Shown: piece after piece, positions 51,960 to 62,066 of the stretch
How positions within the stretch are numbered: the stretch's first letter is position 1
Layout of the letters: every line of letters starts with the position of its first letter
DNA from: Pelagomonas calceolata
Lineage: Eukaryota
NCBI GenBank assembly: GCA_918797485.1
Contig: CAKKNE010000003.1
Coordinates: forward strand, 4,774,001-4,838,000
Direction: 5' to 3'
Length of the DNA: 64,000 nt
The notes under the pieces: model-generated
Databases searched by the model: none
What the model was told of the DNA's origin: nothing
Seen by the model: only the letters and a program-made list of their open reading frames with translations
Translations under genes and position numbers: made by a program

Positions 51960-53273
51960 ATGCTCCTCCTCCTGATTGCCCCGGTCGCGGTGGTACGCGC
52001 GAGGAACGGCCCCTACTCTGGTCCGGTCCCGCCCACGTACGGCTACGATGCGACGAGCGCCGTCTTGCAGCGCCCCGCCTGGGCCAAGCCGCGGCGCGAC
52101 GCCGCCGCGGCCAGCGCGTTCGGCGACGCGCAGCCCGAGTGCGACGTGCCAATCTACTCGCTGACCGCCTGGAAACGCGCGCACGGCCGAGACTTCCCGG
52201 ACCATCCATGCATTTTTGCCGCGGACGCGTCCACGGCGACGCGCGGCTTCGCTGCGTTCCCGGATATGGACCGGTTCCTTGCACTCTTCGGGAACGAGAC
52301 CGTCGAGGCTCTCCCGGGCTACGCGCAGGCGGGCGGGCAGTACTGCGCCATCAACGTGGGGTGCCGCGTAAAAATAAGAGCGACGCTCTCGGACCTCGCG
52401 TCGCAATGGACAGGCGCGTTAGCGGGGTTCTACGTGTCGCAATTTGGCTGTGGGCCGCTGTGTGAGCGCGTTCTTCCTTACCTCGGCGTGCCCGAGCTCT
52501 TCGCCGATGCGCAGCCGAGGACGATGAACCTACTTGTCGGCCCGGCGCGGACGGGCCTGCCGTTCCATTACCACCAGCGGACGTGGCAGGCGCTCAGCTT
52601 CGGGCGGAAGGCGTGGTTTCTCGTGCCGCCGGGTCGAATGTCGGACGACCTCGCGCGCGTCGTCGGGCCGCGGATCTGGCCCGGCGACGGCTTCGTCGCG
52701 GCAACGCGGGGGGTTCCGCCGGGCCAACGGCCGCTCCGGTGCGTCCAATACCCCGGCGAGATTATATGGCTGCCCGAGAACTGGTGGCACGCGACGCTCA
52801 ATCTCGATGCGTCCGTCGCGTACGGCCAGAAGCCGCTCCTTCCGGAACCGGGGCGCCTTGCCCATACTCCTGACGTACGCACACCACTGCTCGCTGCCTT
52901 CGCCACACCGCAGGCCACTCTTCCGTGGTTTGAGCTTATCGAGATTCGCGCGTCGATGCAGCGTTCCGGCTGGGACGCAAACCGAGGCCTCGCGCTTCTG
53001 GAACGGACGGCAGCTGCCTTACACGATGCTGCGGCGTCGGCGGTGTCCCTGGGCAGCGATGTGGCCGTTATACACGCTGCGGCAGCGTTCGGTCTCTGCG
53101 TCCTCGCCGGTAGTGCCGACAATTCGCGCGCGAAGCATGGGTGGCCCGCCTCGCAAGTGGCGACGCACACAGCCAAGTGGCGCCGCGCCGCCAGCACACT
53201 CGACAACGCCACGTGCTCCCTCCAGTGCGCCGAGAACTGCCCGGCGAGAGAGATAGGGGGGCACTGGCACTAG
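51960..53273 (+). CDS. Secreted JmjC-domain protein (JMJD8-like HxH...H)
   Basis: Signal peptide; GPARTGLPFHYH...GRKAWFLVPP...CVQYPGEIIWLPENWWHATLNL. Confidence 0.8.
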   Translation: MLLLLIAPVAVVRARNGPYSGPVPPTYGYDATSAVLQRPAWAKPRRDAAAASAFGDAQPECDVPIYSLTAWKRAHGRDFPDHPCIFAADASTATRGFAAFPDMDRFLALFGNETVEALPGYAQAGGQYCAINVGCRVKIRATLSDLASQWTGALAGFYVSQFGCGPLCERVLPYLGVPELFADAQPRTMNLLVGPARTGLPFHYHQRTWQALSFGRKAWFLVPPGRMSDDLARVVGPRIWPGDGFVAATRGVPPGQRPLRCVQYPGEIIWLPENWWHATLNLDASVAYGQKPLLPEPGRLAHTPDVRTPLLAAFATPQATLPWFELIEIRASMQRSGWDANRGLALLERTAAALHDAAASAVSLGSDVAVIHAAAAFGLCVLAGSADNSRAKHGWPASQVATHTAKWRRAASTLDNATCSLQCAENCPAREIGGHWH

Positions 53274-53759
53274 AAGCCCAATGATTCGCGTTGCTCGATT
53301 GGCTTCTAGAGCGGAATCTGCCCAATAATAATTTATGATTTATAATAGATTAATTGCAAGACCCAAAAAAAGGAGCAACTTGAACTTGGGCCAATGCCAG
53401 TGCCAGTGACTCGGACTCGTAGTCTGCAGATGGCCCCCGCGGGATGCATTTGGTCATGATGACACCCGAGAGACCTAGCTACCATAGCTGCATTGTGGAC
53501 TTATGGCACCCAGCTCATCAGATCCAAGCAAGCCTGACGATCTAGCCTGACGACGTAAACCAGTTATTAAAACAACACTCTCGTACCAGTACCGTAGGTA
53601 CAAGTGTGGGTTACCGCAGTAGGCCAAAAATATTTGCTGGAGAGCAGCTAGGACCCCTGCTACTTTACAAAACGCTGAGACATACTCTTGCTACGCTGCG
53701 ACATCCTCTCGCTATTCGGTATAACCTAGGTAAGAATTAAGTACCATTGGCACCTCGTC

Positions 53760-54776
53760 ATGGTGTCGAAAGTTGCATGGATACTGTGCATCTATATCTC
53801 CGGCTATTGTCAATCGTCACGTGCTATCGCGAGGGAACCGGCTGGGCGGGTGCTGCTTTTCGTAACCACGCACCTGACCCCATTACACCTACGATTCCTT
53901 GAGAAGTGCTGGCCATCGGCAACGCGCGCCTCGCCGTTCATTCAGAGCGCCGATGTGCTCGTCTTCGTGACCGGTGAACTCGACGACGCCAAGCGACGCG
54001 TTCTGGACATCGCATTCCCACCCTGGACGAATAGGTCGATCATCCATACGACATTGCCGAACGCTGGTTACAACCGGGGCGCAATGGATGCGCTCGCGCA
54101 GGCGGATGCACACGGCTGGTTTTGGAACTACGATTGGGTCGTGCGCCTCAATGCAGACGTTATTATTCGTGATGATCGCTTCCTGTCTGCCATTGTGGCG
54201 CGACACGACGTCGATGCCGTCTTCGTGGACTGTTACGCCGGGCAGCGGCCGGACAAAGTGCACGTACAGACAGACTTCATCATGTTCCGTCCAAACAAGG
54301 TTGCACGGGGGAGCTTTCGTATCCCCAAAAAATGGAGCCCGGTGTACTGCGGGGAACAGCGGGAATATTGGACATTGCAAAAAGATATGTCTGTGTGTGA
54401 ACCAGAGCACGTCGCGTCGCATGCGCTCGAGAGTATCATTCGGAGCAAGCGCTGGGCACTTCTTCCTGGCGTTCGCATTTTGGTACCCCATTGTCGAGTG
54501 AGAGGTGAGACGTCGCCAGTGGTCCATGACCACGCATACGTTGACCAATGTGCCAGCAATGCTGGCAGTCCTCATGATGTTGCCAGTGCCGTTGCTGCTG
54601 ATGTTCTTCAGTGCAACGAATGGCGCATGATGCACAAGGCTATGCCTGGAACTGCCTTGGATGCGCTTCCAGCAGGCCTACGAAAGAATTGGACAGCCCG
54701 GAACTGCGATGGTCTGATGCACGCGCCTGAGAATCCAGGGAAGAATGGCCGCAAACGGCGGCGGCGAAGATACTGA
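53760..54776 (+). CDS. Secreted hypothetical protein, glycosyltransferase-like
   Basis: Hydrophobic N-terminus and YDWVVRLNADVII. Visibly lower GC than the core genes. Confidence 0.55.
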   Translation: MVSKVAWILCIYISGYCQSSRAIAREPAGRVLLFVTTHLTPLHLRFLEKCWPSATRASPFIQSADVLVFVTGELDDAKRRVLDIAFPPWTNRSIIHTTLPNAGYNRGAMDALAQADAHGWFWNYDWVVRLNADVIIRDDRFLSAIVARHDVDAVFVDCYAGQRPDKVHVQTDFIMFRPNKVARGSFRIPKKWSPVYCGEQREYWTLQKDMSVCEPEHVASHALESIIRSKRWALLPGVRILVPHCRVRGETSPVVHDHAYVDQCASNAGSPHDVASAVAADVLQCNEWRMMHKAMPGTALDALPAGLRKNWTARNCDGLMHAPENPGKNGRKRRRRRY

Positions 54777-54809
54777 GCCTTCTGCCAGTGCGCTTCGACT
54801 TTCTTGTGT

Positions 54810-55000
54810 AATGCAGCATCGTCTATCTGCGTCTTCTATGATGCCATGCTTATATAGATCATCAGCATAATCATGTAAGAATTTTTGTTTCCCTGGACTC
54901 TGGTGGTATGCTTTGACGTACCATTCCGGATTCTTAGGGTTAGTTGGTATTGGGTGCTCATGGATGCTGCCTTTTTGATTTTGATTTTGCCGCAATGCGC
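54810..55000 (-). mobile_element. Ty3/gypsy-like pol fragment
   Basis: HEHPIPT...KAYHQSPGKQKFLHDYADDLYKHGIIE resembles the segment just N-terminal to gypsy RT (HxI...PYR.S......L..GII). Confidence 0.5.
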
Positions 55001-55391
55001 GCAGCGGCACAGCCACGCGGCGACCGAATGGCGGGAATTTTTTGCTGAGACGTAGGTTCCGTATATTCTGAAATTCATAGCCGCCGGGGCCAGTTTTACT
55101 TTTGATGAACTTTTGCATTACTTCTTGGCCTTCAAGTTCCCGGGCCCGGGCCCGGGCCGACTCGGAGTCCTCAGGCTAAGTGAGATAGTAGATTCAAGTT
55201 GATTTTTTATTGTATATAACATCGCATGCATTCACATATGATCTTCAGTGAAATATGTCTGATTGGAACGCGGCTCAAGAAGTAGGGACGCAGGGTAGGA
55301 AGGGCTAGAGGGTTTCTCTCTCTCAGGGCTATATATCCTTCAGGCTCTATATATATCCTAGGATAGGTTTCGCTCAGAGTCTCTGGATGAA

Positions 55392-57446
55392 GTGCTTATG
55401 ATGTCGCGGGCGCGGCCCTGGATGCGCATACCGACGATGTATTTATGTCTCCTCATGATGGTCCTGTCTGACGGCCAGGGCGAGACGCTGATTGCGGCGC
55501 GGCAGAGGATCATGGGATGGCGGATGAATCTGCGGTTGGGAGAACAAAACATACGCGTGGAGCTAAATGCCTCGAGCAATGCGCTGGCAAAGCACATTCT
55601 GCGGGAACGCTGCTTGGGCAACGCGACGTTCGGAGTGACATGCAGCCTCAAATGGTTAATGCACCACGTCAGAGTGACAGTGGCACGGCATTTGGCAGAC
55701 GACGATGCTGCTCGGTTTGCGTGGGAAATGGACGACGCCTCGGCCGTGACACGCTTGCTCCGCGGGCAGTCCGGGCTGTTCCCGAGGCGGCGCAGAAACG
55801 CTGCAGCTCGGGCTGGGCTCTTCATGAGCGTGCGATCCCCTATCGTAGCGCAGATGATGGCGGCAGCGCTGCGCGATGCCTTCCCCGAGAGTGCAGTCCG
55901 ACGTGGCGAGATCCTGCGGCTACACGCTGCTTGCGGTACAGCACATATCCTCGGTTGTACGCCCGAGTTTTGGGCCGAGCTTCTTGGTTCGGAGGCAATG
56001 GGGCTCCTCGGGGGCATCCATCTCACCGCGGGTGGACGATGGACGCATGTTGCGAAAGTCGTGGCCCTCGCTGCTTACGAATACGCGTGTCGAGTCGCGG
56101 ATGACTTCGTTGCGCCTCCTGGGACGTTACGCGCCCTATCAGCGGTCATGGGCACGGCATATGTCTTCGACTTTGGTTCGGGTCCCTACGTAAACAAAGG
56201 CTGTGACGTCCTAGTCCTCGGACCGCCTCTTGCGTTGAGTCATCTCCCCGAGCGTTGGACGACCCTTCATCCTGCTAAGGTCCTCCCTGTACCTATGGTT
56301 GTCAATGATTCGTCCAATGTGCTCCGATGGACTAACAAGAGTGGCATCATCATGACCCGCGCCAACGCTTCCCTCGACTCGCCCAGGAGACGTGGTGAAA
56401 GAGACACCGTTTGCCTCGGGGGCGTGGCGTCGTTTCGTGTGCCGAATAATGACGACCAGCAGGCAATCCACCAAACCTTTAAAGCCCTTGGTATCCGCCG
56501 GAGTACTGCGGCCTGTGCGGATCAGGCCCACGGCGGCGTGACCTTACTCACGACGATTCCAAGGATTACCATGGAGCCGATGGCAACAGATCACATAAGT
56601 GAGACGCTACTCGCCATTGGAGAGAACGCGTATCGGCCTGATGTTGCTTCGATCGTCGTAATGGTCGATCAATGTGGCCTCGGCGATGACGCGCTCTGCA
56701 CTCGTGCTCTCCGAAGCACCATCGCGGAGCTGAGAGTCACTCATGCTGCACGCCTTGAAGATACACAAGCGACAGTGGGTGCGCTGGAAAAGATCGTCGC
56801 CGAGGCCTTTGGGCGCCAACCAACCTATGCCGACATGTTCCGTCGTGCCGACCGGCTCCAGGGCGTGGTTGTTCTTACCAACGCCGACATTGTTTTCCGA
56901 GATCTCGACAGACTCAATGCGTCAGCACTCGCAAAGGAAAAGCTCGTCCTTGTCTTCTCTGTCTGGGTTCCGCCGTTGGGCTCTCTCTATCGCGCACATT
57001 GTCCAGATCCGGTGGTATTCGAGCGTGCGCACCACCGTGTTCATGTCGACCGCCTTCTCAATGTCTGTCCAAGGGACGGCACCAGTTGGTCCTGGGACAG
57101 TTTCGCCTTCCACGCACCGCTCAGCAGGGGAGGCAGTGACCTGAGCTACGAGACACTAGAGGAACTCAGACCGACGCCAGTATACATGAACCAGATGGGC
57201 GCAGAGCATCGTGCCGGCTACTTTGTCCGTGCAAATGGATTTTCCTTGTCCAATGCCTGTAATCTCGTTGGTGCCGAGCACTGGCACTGCCTCGGCGCTA
57301 AAACGCATCCCTGGCAGCCTAGAGAAAAGCATGTTGACTTTGAATTGCTCCGCATGATAGGTTACAATGAGTGGGTAGTCCAAGTTGGCGACAGCGGTGT
57401 CCTTGATGGTTTTTGCGACACGAGGGGACGTGTTGCGTCGAACTGA
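55392..57446 (+). CDS. Hypothetical secreted protein with a GT-A-like C-terminal domain
   Basis: 684-codon ORF in lower-GC DNA, with a hydrophobic leader and PTYADMF...VVVLTNADIVF...SWDSFAF. Start uncertain. Confidence 0.55.
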   Translation: MLMMSRARPWMRIPTMYLCLLMMVLSDGQGETLIAARQRIMGWRMNLRLGEQNIRVELNASSNALAKHILRERCLGNATFGVTCSLKWLMHHVRVTVARHLADDDAARFAWEMDDASAVTRLLRGQSGLFPRRRRNAAARAGLFMSVRSPIVAQMMAAALRDAFPESAVRRGEILRLHAACGTAHILGCTPEFWAELLGSEAMGLLGGIHLTAGGRWTHVAKVVALAAYEYACRVADDFVAPPGTLRALSAVMGTAYVFDFGSGPYVNKGCDVLVLGPPLALSHLPERWTTLHPAKVLPVPMVVNDSSNVLRWTNKSGIIMTRANASLDSPRRRGERDTVCLGGVASFRVPNNDDQQAIHQTFKALGIRRSTAACADQAHGGVTLLTTIPRITMEPMATDHISETLLAIGENAYRPDVASIVVMVDQCGLGDDALCTRALRSTIAELRVTHAARLEDTQATVGALEKIVAEAFGRQPTYADMFRRADRLQGVVVLTNADIVFRDLDRLNASALAKEKLVLVFSVWVPPLGSLYRAHCPDPVVFERAHHRVHVDRLLNVCPRDGTSWSWDSFAFHAPLSRGGSDLSYETLEELRPTPVYMNQMGAEHRAGYFVRANGFSLSNACNLVGAEHWHCLGAKTHPWQPREKHVDFELLRMIGYNEWVVQVGDSGVLDGFCDTRGRVASN

Positions 57447-57968
57447 ATGTTTTACTCTGGTCAGGCAGGCCCGGCAGGGGTCCAAACCAGCGAATATTAG
57501 CGTAGAAGTACGGTGTACACCCCGCTTTTAGCTTACATCGAAGTGGGCTCAAAGGGACACTGAGGGATGGCGTTGAATTATTAATGGCGGAGTTGAGGAT
57601 TAATCTACGTTAACGGGCGGTCAGGGGATGGCCGGGCGGCTTCCAGGCTCGCGGGGGACCGAACCTCGATCGTGGATCTCAGGCTAATTACCGATGGTGC
57701 CAGTGCGGTTCCTAATTTGACCCAGACAAGTGGACGGGGGGTCTCACCACGGCCCGGGGCTCTCCTAATCTGAGAATCAGTGAGATTCGAGTTCCCAGCC
57801 ACTCGCCCGGCGGCGATTTTGACTACGGGGCCCCAAAAGAGTCCTTAACACACTAGCGTCCTAGCGACAATCGCTAAGCGCACCCGGGCTGCCCCCAGCC
57901 CGTTTAGTCCACTCGCCCCCCATAGGGCGACCGCCACAGCAAAAAACAGCAGCAAAATCGCACCAGAA

Positions 57969-59490
57969 ATGGGCAAGAAAAGCAAAATTACCGGTAAGGT
58001 GGATAACGGCCTCAAGGAGAGGCTCCGGGCCAATATGAAGGCCAAGAAGAAGGGTAACCCCTGCTACGCCTTCGGTATGGCCCTAAATCCCAAGATGAGG
58101 TCGGTTCTGGGGGAGGAGCACCGCGCGCTCCTGGTCGTAAAGTCGGGGGACCCGGACATTGACTTGTACATCCGCTCGTTGTTCGCGACGGGAGGCTGTG
58201 GCCAGTATTCGAAGGACTCCGTCGAGGATGGAGAGGATTATATTATGAAGATGGCCGCATTAAAAAAAGTGGTCCCCCCGCTCCGGGCGTCCGAGATTTT
58301 GAAGGTGGATAGCGCCACCCTCATGGCCGCGTGTGAGGACACCGAGGGGTCGCAGAAATCGCCGTCGGGTGCGGCGCCGGCGGCCGCGGCGTCGCCGGCG
58401 CCGGCGCCGTCGACGGAAAGCAAGGCCCCCGAGAGCCCGATCCCTATTGATCAGTCGCCGCTGCAAGCGCCGGCGCCGGCGCCGTCGAGCCCCCTATCGT
58501 CGGCGAAGCTCGTCGACCAGAAGAAGTGGGGTGATCGGTGCGCGACGGGGGCGTCGGACGACGACGAGTATGAAATCGGGCGCCTGCCCGACGCTGATCA
58601 AAAAGCCAATATCATGACATCGAGGTCGCGTTGAATGTCATTTATCGGCGCCTGCTCGGCGTGGAAGCGAAAACGGCTTCGGTCGCCGTCAGGCACGAAC
58701 TGGGTGTCGCGTCCGTCGCAACTCGTATAGACGCCGCGGCGCTGAAATTCCGCAACAACATCTTGTCGTTGGACCCTCGGGATTTCCTCGTTCGCCGGGT
58801 ATACGACGGCCTGATGAACGATTCTAAAGGTCGCGGATCGTCGAGGAACGGGGCTTTGTTCCTGGATAAGCTTGCGTTAGAAGCGAATTGGCCTGGGCCT
58901 CTGAAAAAACCGGCCGCGAAAAAGTTCGTCAATGAATTCGTCGCATCGCGCCGAGTTTCCGAGCTCGTCGATGGCTTCAAGAGAATGACGACTCTCCGCA
59001 ACATGAGCGATTGGGTCGAGAAGGAACGTTTCGGCTTGCCGGAATATTTACTCAGAACGTGCCCCTCGTCTCTTCGGGAAGGGCGGAGGTTGAAGACGAA
59101 GTTCCGATTGGGTTGCCACGATCTCCGGAGCTCGAGCTCCCGAACGCAGCTTGTCCGCAACGCGCAATGTCCCTGTTGCAAATCCCGCGAGTCGGAAACG
59201 ATTCAACATGCCCTACTTGAATGCTCGGCTTTTACGAAAGAACGTGACACGTTCCTTGAACGGTTCTACGAGTTGCACCCTATCGCGCGTGGCTTGAGCC
59301 CCGAAGGTCTTTGCGACGTCCTAATGAGTGACGACTTACCTCACGAGACTGAGAATACTATGTATAGATACCTTATTGCTATTTCGAGGCTCCGGTTGGG
59401 CATCCTGACCGAGCGGGGAGAAGGCTCCTAGGAGCTTGTTCCTTTTTTTAGGTCTTCCTTAATTTATTTATTTATTTATTTATTTATTTT
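57969..59490 (+). mobile_element. Internally deleted non-LTR retrotransposon (ORF1-like piece + ORF2 C-terminus + (TTTA)n tail)
   Basis: ORF 58631-59431 has RRLLGV...AVRHELG, KFRLGCHDL and the CCHC finger CPCC...ETIQHALLEC. The 3' UTR and (TTTA)n at 59463-59490 are shared with 61176-61458. Assignment of ORF 57969-58634 to the element is an inference. Confidence 0.78.
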
Positions 59491-59593
59491 GTACGCCCTG
59501 AGGCCGGGCTGGGGGGCTGGGGTCACTTTTGCGGCGAGACGCGGTCGCGAAATTGCCCTGAACGGCAATACGGCGGAGTATCTCTTAGGACAG

Positions 59594-59823
59594 TGGGCCC
59601 ATAACCTGCGAACTAGAATAATGCAAGACCAGAGGAGTACGCACCTTTGGGAGTACCGCGACGGCGGCGGCTGAGAAGTCTGCCGCGGAGCTACCTTAAA
59701 CTTGAAATACACTAAGTAGTTTTGGTTTTACGCCGGTGTTTATTGCGCGTGGCGTGTTGTGTGTGATGTAAGTGTATATAGAAGGGTATAGGATAAGGGG
59801 GGGTATTCGCCCTATTTATTGCA
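59594..59823 (-). mobile_element. Copia-type LTR (59607-59823, TG...CA) plus PBS (59594-59606)
   Basis: Minus strand tgcaataaat...ttcgca is directly followed by ggttatgggccca. A related solo copy lies at 16864. Confidence 0.75.
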
Positions 59824-59893
59824 GGAGGGTGGGCGGGAGATATAGCGGATACCCGGATAAGTGGGTTGCAAAGTGTGTGACGTGAAATGAATT

Positions 59894-60898
59894 ATGGGCA
59901 ATATGGGCAATAGCGTCCTCGCCGCCGTCGCGGCATCTCTCGCCCCGCTTCGCGCCGCGGCCGCCACTGCCTACGTACAGCTCGTCGTCGCGACGTACGA
60001 CGAGGACCTGTCGTGGATCGAGCCGACGTTGCGCACCGTGCCCCGGTCCGAGGCTGTCGTTTACTGCAAGGGCCCCGTCCAGCCTGACGCGCGTTGCACA
60101 GCGCGCCTGGCGAACTGGGGGGCGGAAAACTACGCGTACGTACACCATGTCTACAAGAATTACGACAATCTAGCGCCCATCACCGCGTTTGCCATGGGGA
60201 GTATATTGAAAAGCGAATGGCAGTACCTCCTATGCAGGAAGCTCTTCGGAGTTCTCGGCGCGCTCTCGTCCGTCGCGAAGCAGGACGCGCTCCGACACTT
60301 TATCAGTCCCCGGGGCATGCACAACCACCTCGTGCCCTTCGAGTCGGACTCCAACATTTCCGTTTACCGGCCGAAGCGTGGCCTGCCACCCCAAATTATG
60401 TGTCCGGCGTCCGCGGCGACGAACGGCGCGTTCTACAGCAAATTTGCGCCGAACCGGTCCGTCGGCGACGCGCTTCGCCACGGCTCGTCGCTGAACGGCA
60501 TTGCAGCGGCACCGCGCCACGTGCTGCGAGGCGTTCCGCGCAATGCCTGGGGCCGTCTCCTCGACGAACTCGCGAAGAAAAGCTGCTGCGAAGGCGCTGC
60601 GCTCCAGGCCGATCACTACGCAGAGCGCTTGTGGCGCCCATTGCTCCTGGGCACAGCACCCGCCGACGCGAGTCCGCAGGTCCCACTCGCTGCATGTCCG
60701 CCGTTTATCTTCCCGCTCGTCCCCGAGCGGCTCCGGCACGTCGACGGCGACACGCGCAAAGCCGCGGAGGCCTGGCGGCGCGCTGGCTCTCCGCCACCGC
60801 CGCCCCGAAGCTGGCGCGCCGCCTGTGCGCCTGGTTGGACCCCGGGCGGTGCGCCCCCGCACGGCAGTTCCCGTCGCGGCGGTCATTCTGCCTCGTGA
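59894..60898 (+). CDS. DUF3431-like (putative glycosyltransferase-related) protein
   Basis: LVVATYDEDLSW...VYCKG...LANWGAENYAYVHHVYKNYDNLAPITAF...ERLW. Confidence 0.7.
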   Translation: MGNMGNSVLAAVAASLAPLRAAAATAYVQLVVATYDEDLSWIEPTLRTVPRSEAVVYCKGPVQPDARCTARLANWGAENYAYVHHVYKNYDNLAPITAFAMGSILKSEWQYLLCRKLFGVLGALSSVAKQDALRHFISPRGMHNHLVPFESDSNISVYRPKRGLPPQIMCPASAATNGAFYSKFAPNRSVGDALRHGSSLNGIAAAPRHVLRGVPRNAWGRLLDELAKKSCCEGAALQADHYAERLWRPLLLGTAPADASPQVPLAACPPFIFPLVPERLRHVDGDTRKAAEAWRRAGSPPPPPRSWRAACAPGWTPGGAPPHGSSRRGGHSAS

Positions 60899-61175
60899 GC
60901 TGGCACCGTCCTTGCTCTCCGCGTTCGTCGCAGAACGCGTCGCTACCCGGGGGCAGCGCGCGGGCAGATTCCGTTCTTCGATGCAGCCGCAACGCTTTCT
61001 ACGCCGGGCTGGTCGTCGTGCGTCTACTAAACGTACAAGAGGCACAGTGCGGTTCCGACTCACACCTCTCTACCCACAGGCTGCCAGTGCCAGTGTCTGG
61101 CGAGCACCATGACTGGTAGAATCCTACTTCTAGTACTATTAAAAGTTCAAATTAGCCAAGAACCTTTGTTTCACG

Positions 61176-61424
61176 TTGTTTGAATGCACGGCCTTTGAGG
61201 AAGAACGCGAGGTATTTCTTTCGAGATTATACTCGGTTTGCCCCCTCGCACGGCAATTGAATGATGAGTACCGTTGTCGGCTGGTCATGGGGGACAAGCT
61301 ACCCCGGGAGATTGAAAATCCGTTGTATCGGTATCTTATTGCTATTTCGAAGCTCCGGTTGGGTATCCTGACCGAGCAGGGAGAAGGCTCTTAGGAGCTT
61401 GTTCCTTTTTTTTTAGGTCTTCCT

Positions 61425-61455
<31 letters not shown>

Positions 61456-61458
61456 TTT
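61176..61458 (+). mobile_element. 5'-truncated LINE copy with a (TTTA)n tail
   Basis: FECTAFEEER...YRYLIAISKLRLGILTEQGEGS* and the 3' UTR are nearly identical to 59216-59490. Confidence 0.85.
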
Positions 61459-62066
61459 TCAAGTTCCTAGCGGGAAACGACCCTACAAAGCCCAAGTGAG
61501 GCTAAACTTGAACCGTGACCGGGCCCCATAAGTAACCTACATGTCTAGCAACCTAGATAACCGTACCTCGAGCGTGAGGGACATAGCGACGCTATTCCCG
61601 GAAGGAAAGCGGTTCGGCACAAAGCCGAGCGACTTGGTAAGCGGAGCAGCACTGAACTTGAATGTACAAATTACAGTACAATACCACACTTGGCAGGAGG
61701 ATGGCGGGGGGGGACTACTCCCGGCGCCATGACACTACCTACCACACCTCTTCAGGGGTCCCTGGTAAAAAATGGGGTTAGCTTCTTCAATTCAAGTTCA
61801 AGTTTAGACTACAAACCTCGGCATGGTGCTACCCTGGCTTTTTTTGCTATCCTCTTGACAGGGGGGGGGGCAGGGTGTTAAGTGTGAGTGTGAGACGCGT
61901 GAGACGCGTAGGTGTGGATGTGAGGACGGATTCTCACACCCTGGCTCCCCCCCCCTCTTGACACTAGGACAGTGTAAAGCTACCACTTGCTCATCATTTT
62001 TTTGACACAAGAGCACCCGGGACGCGGACCAGCCTGCGCGAGGTGAGTGCGGCCGCCGGGCAGCCC

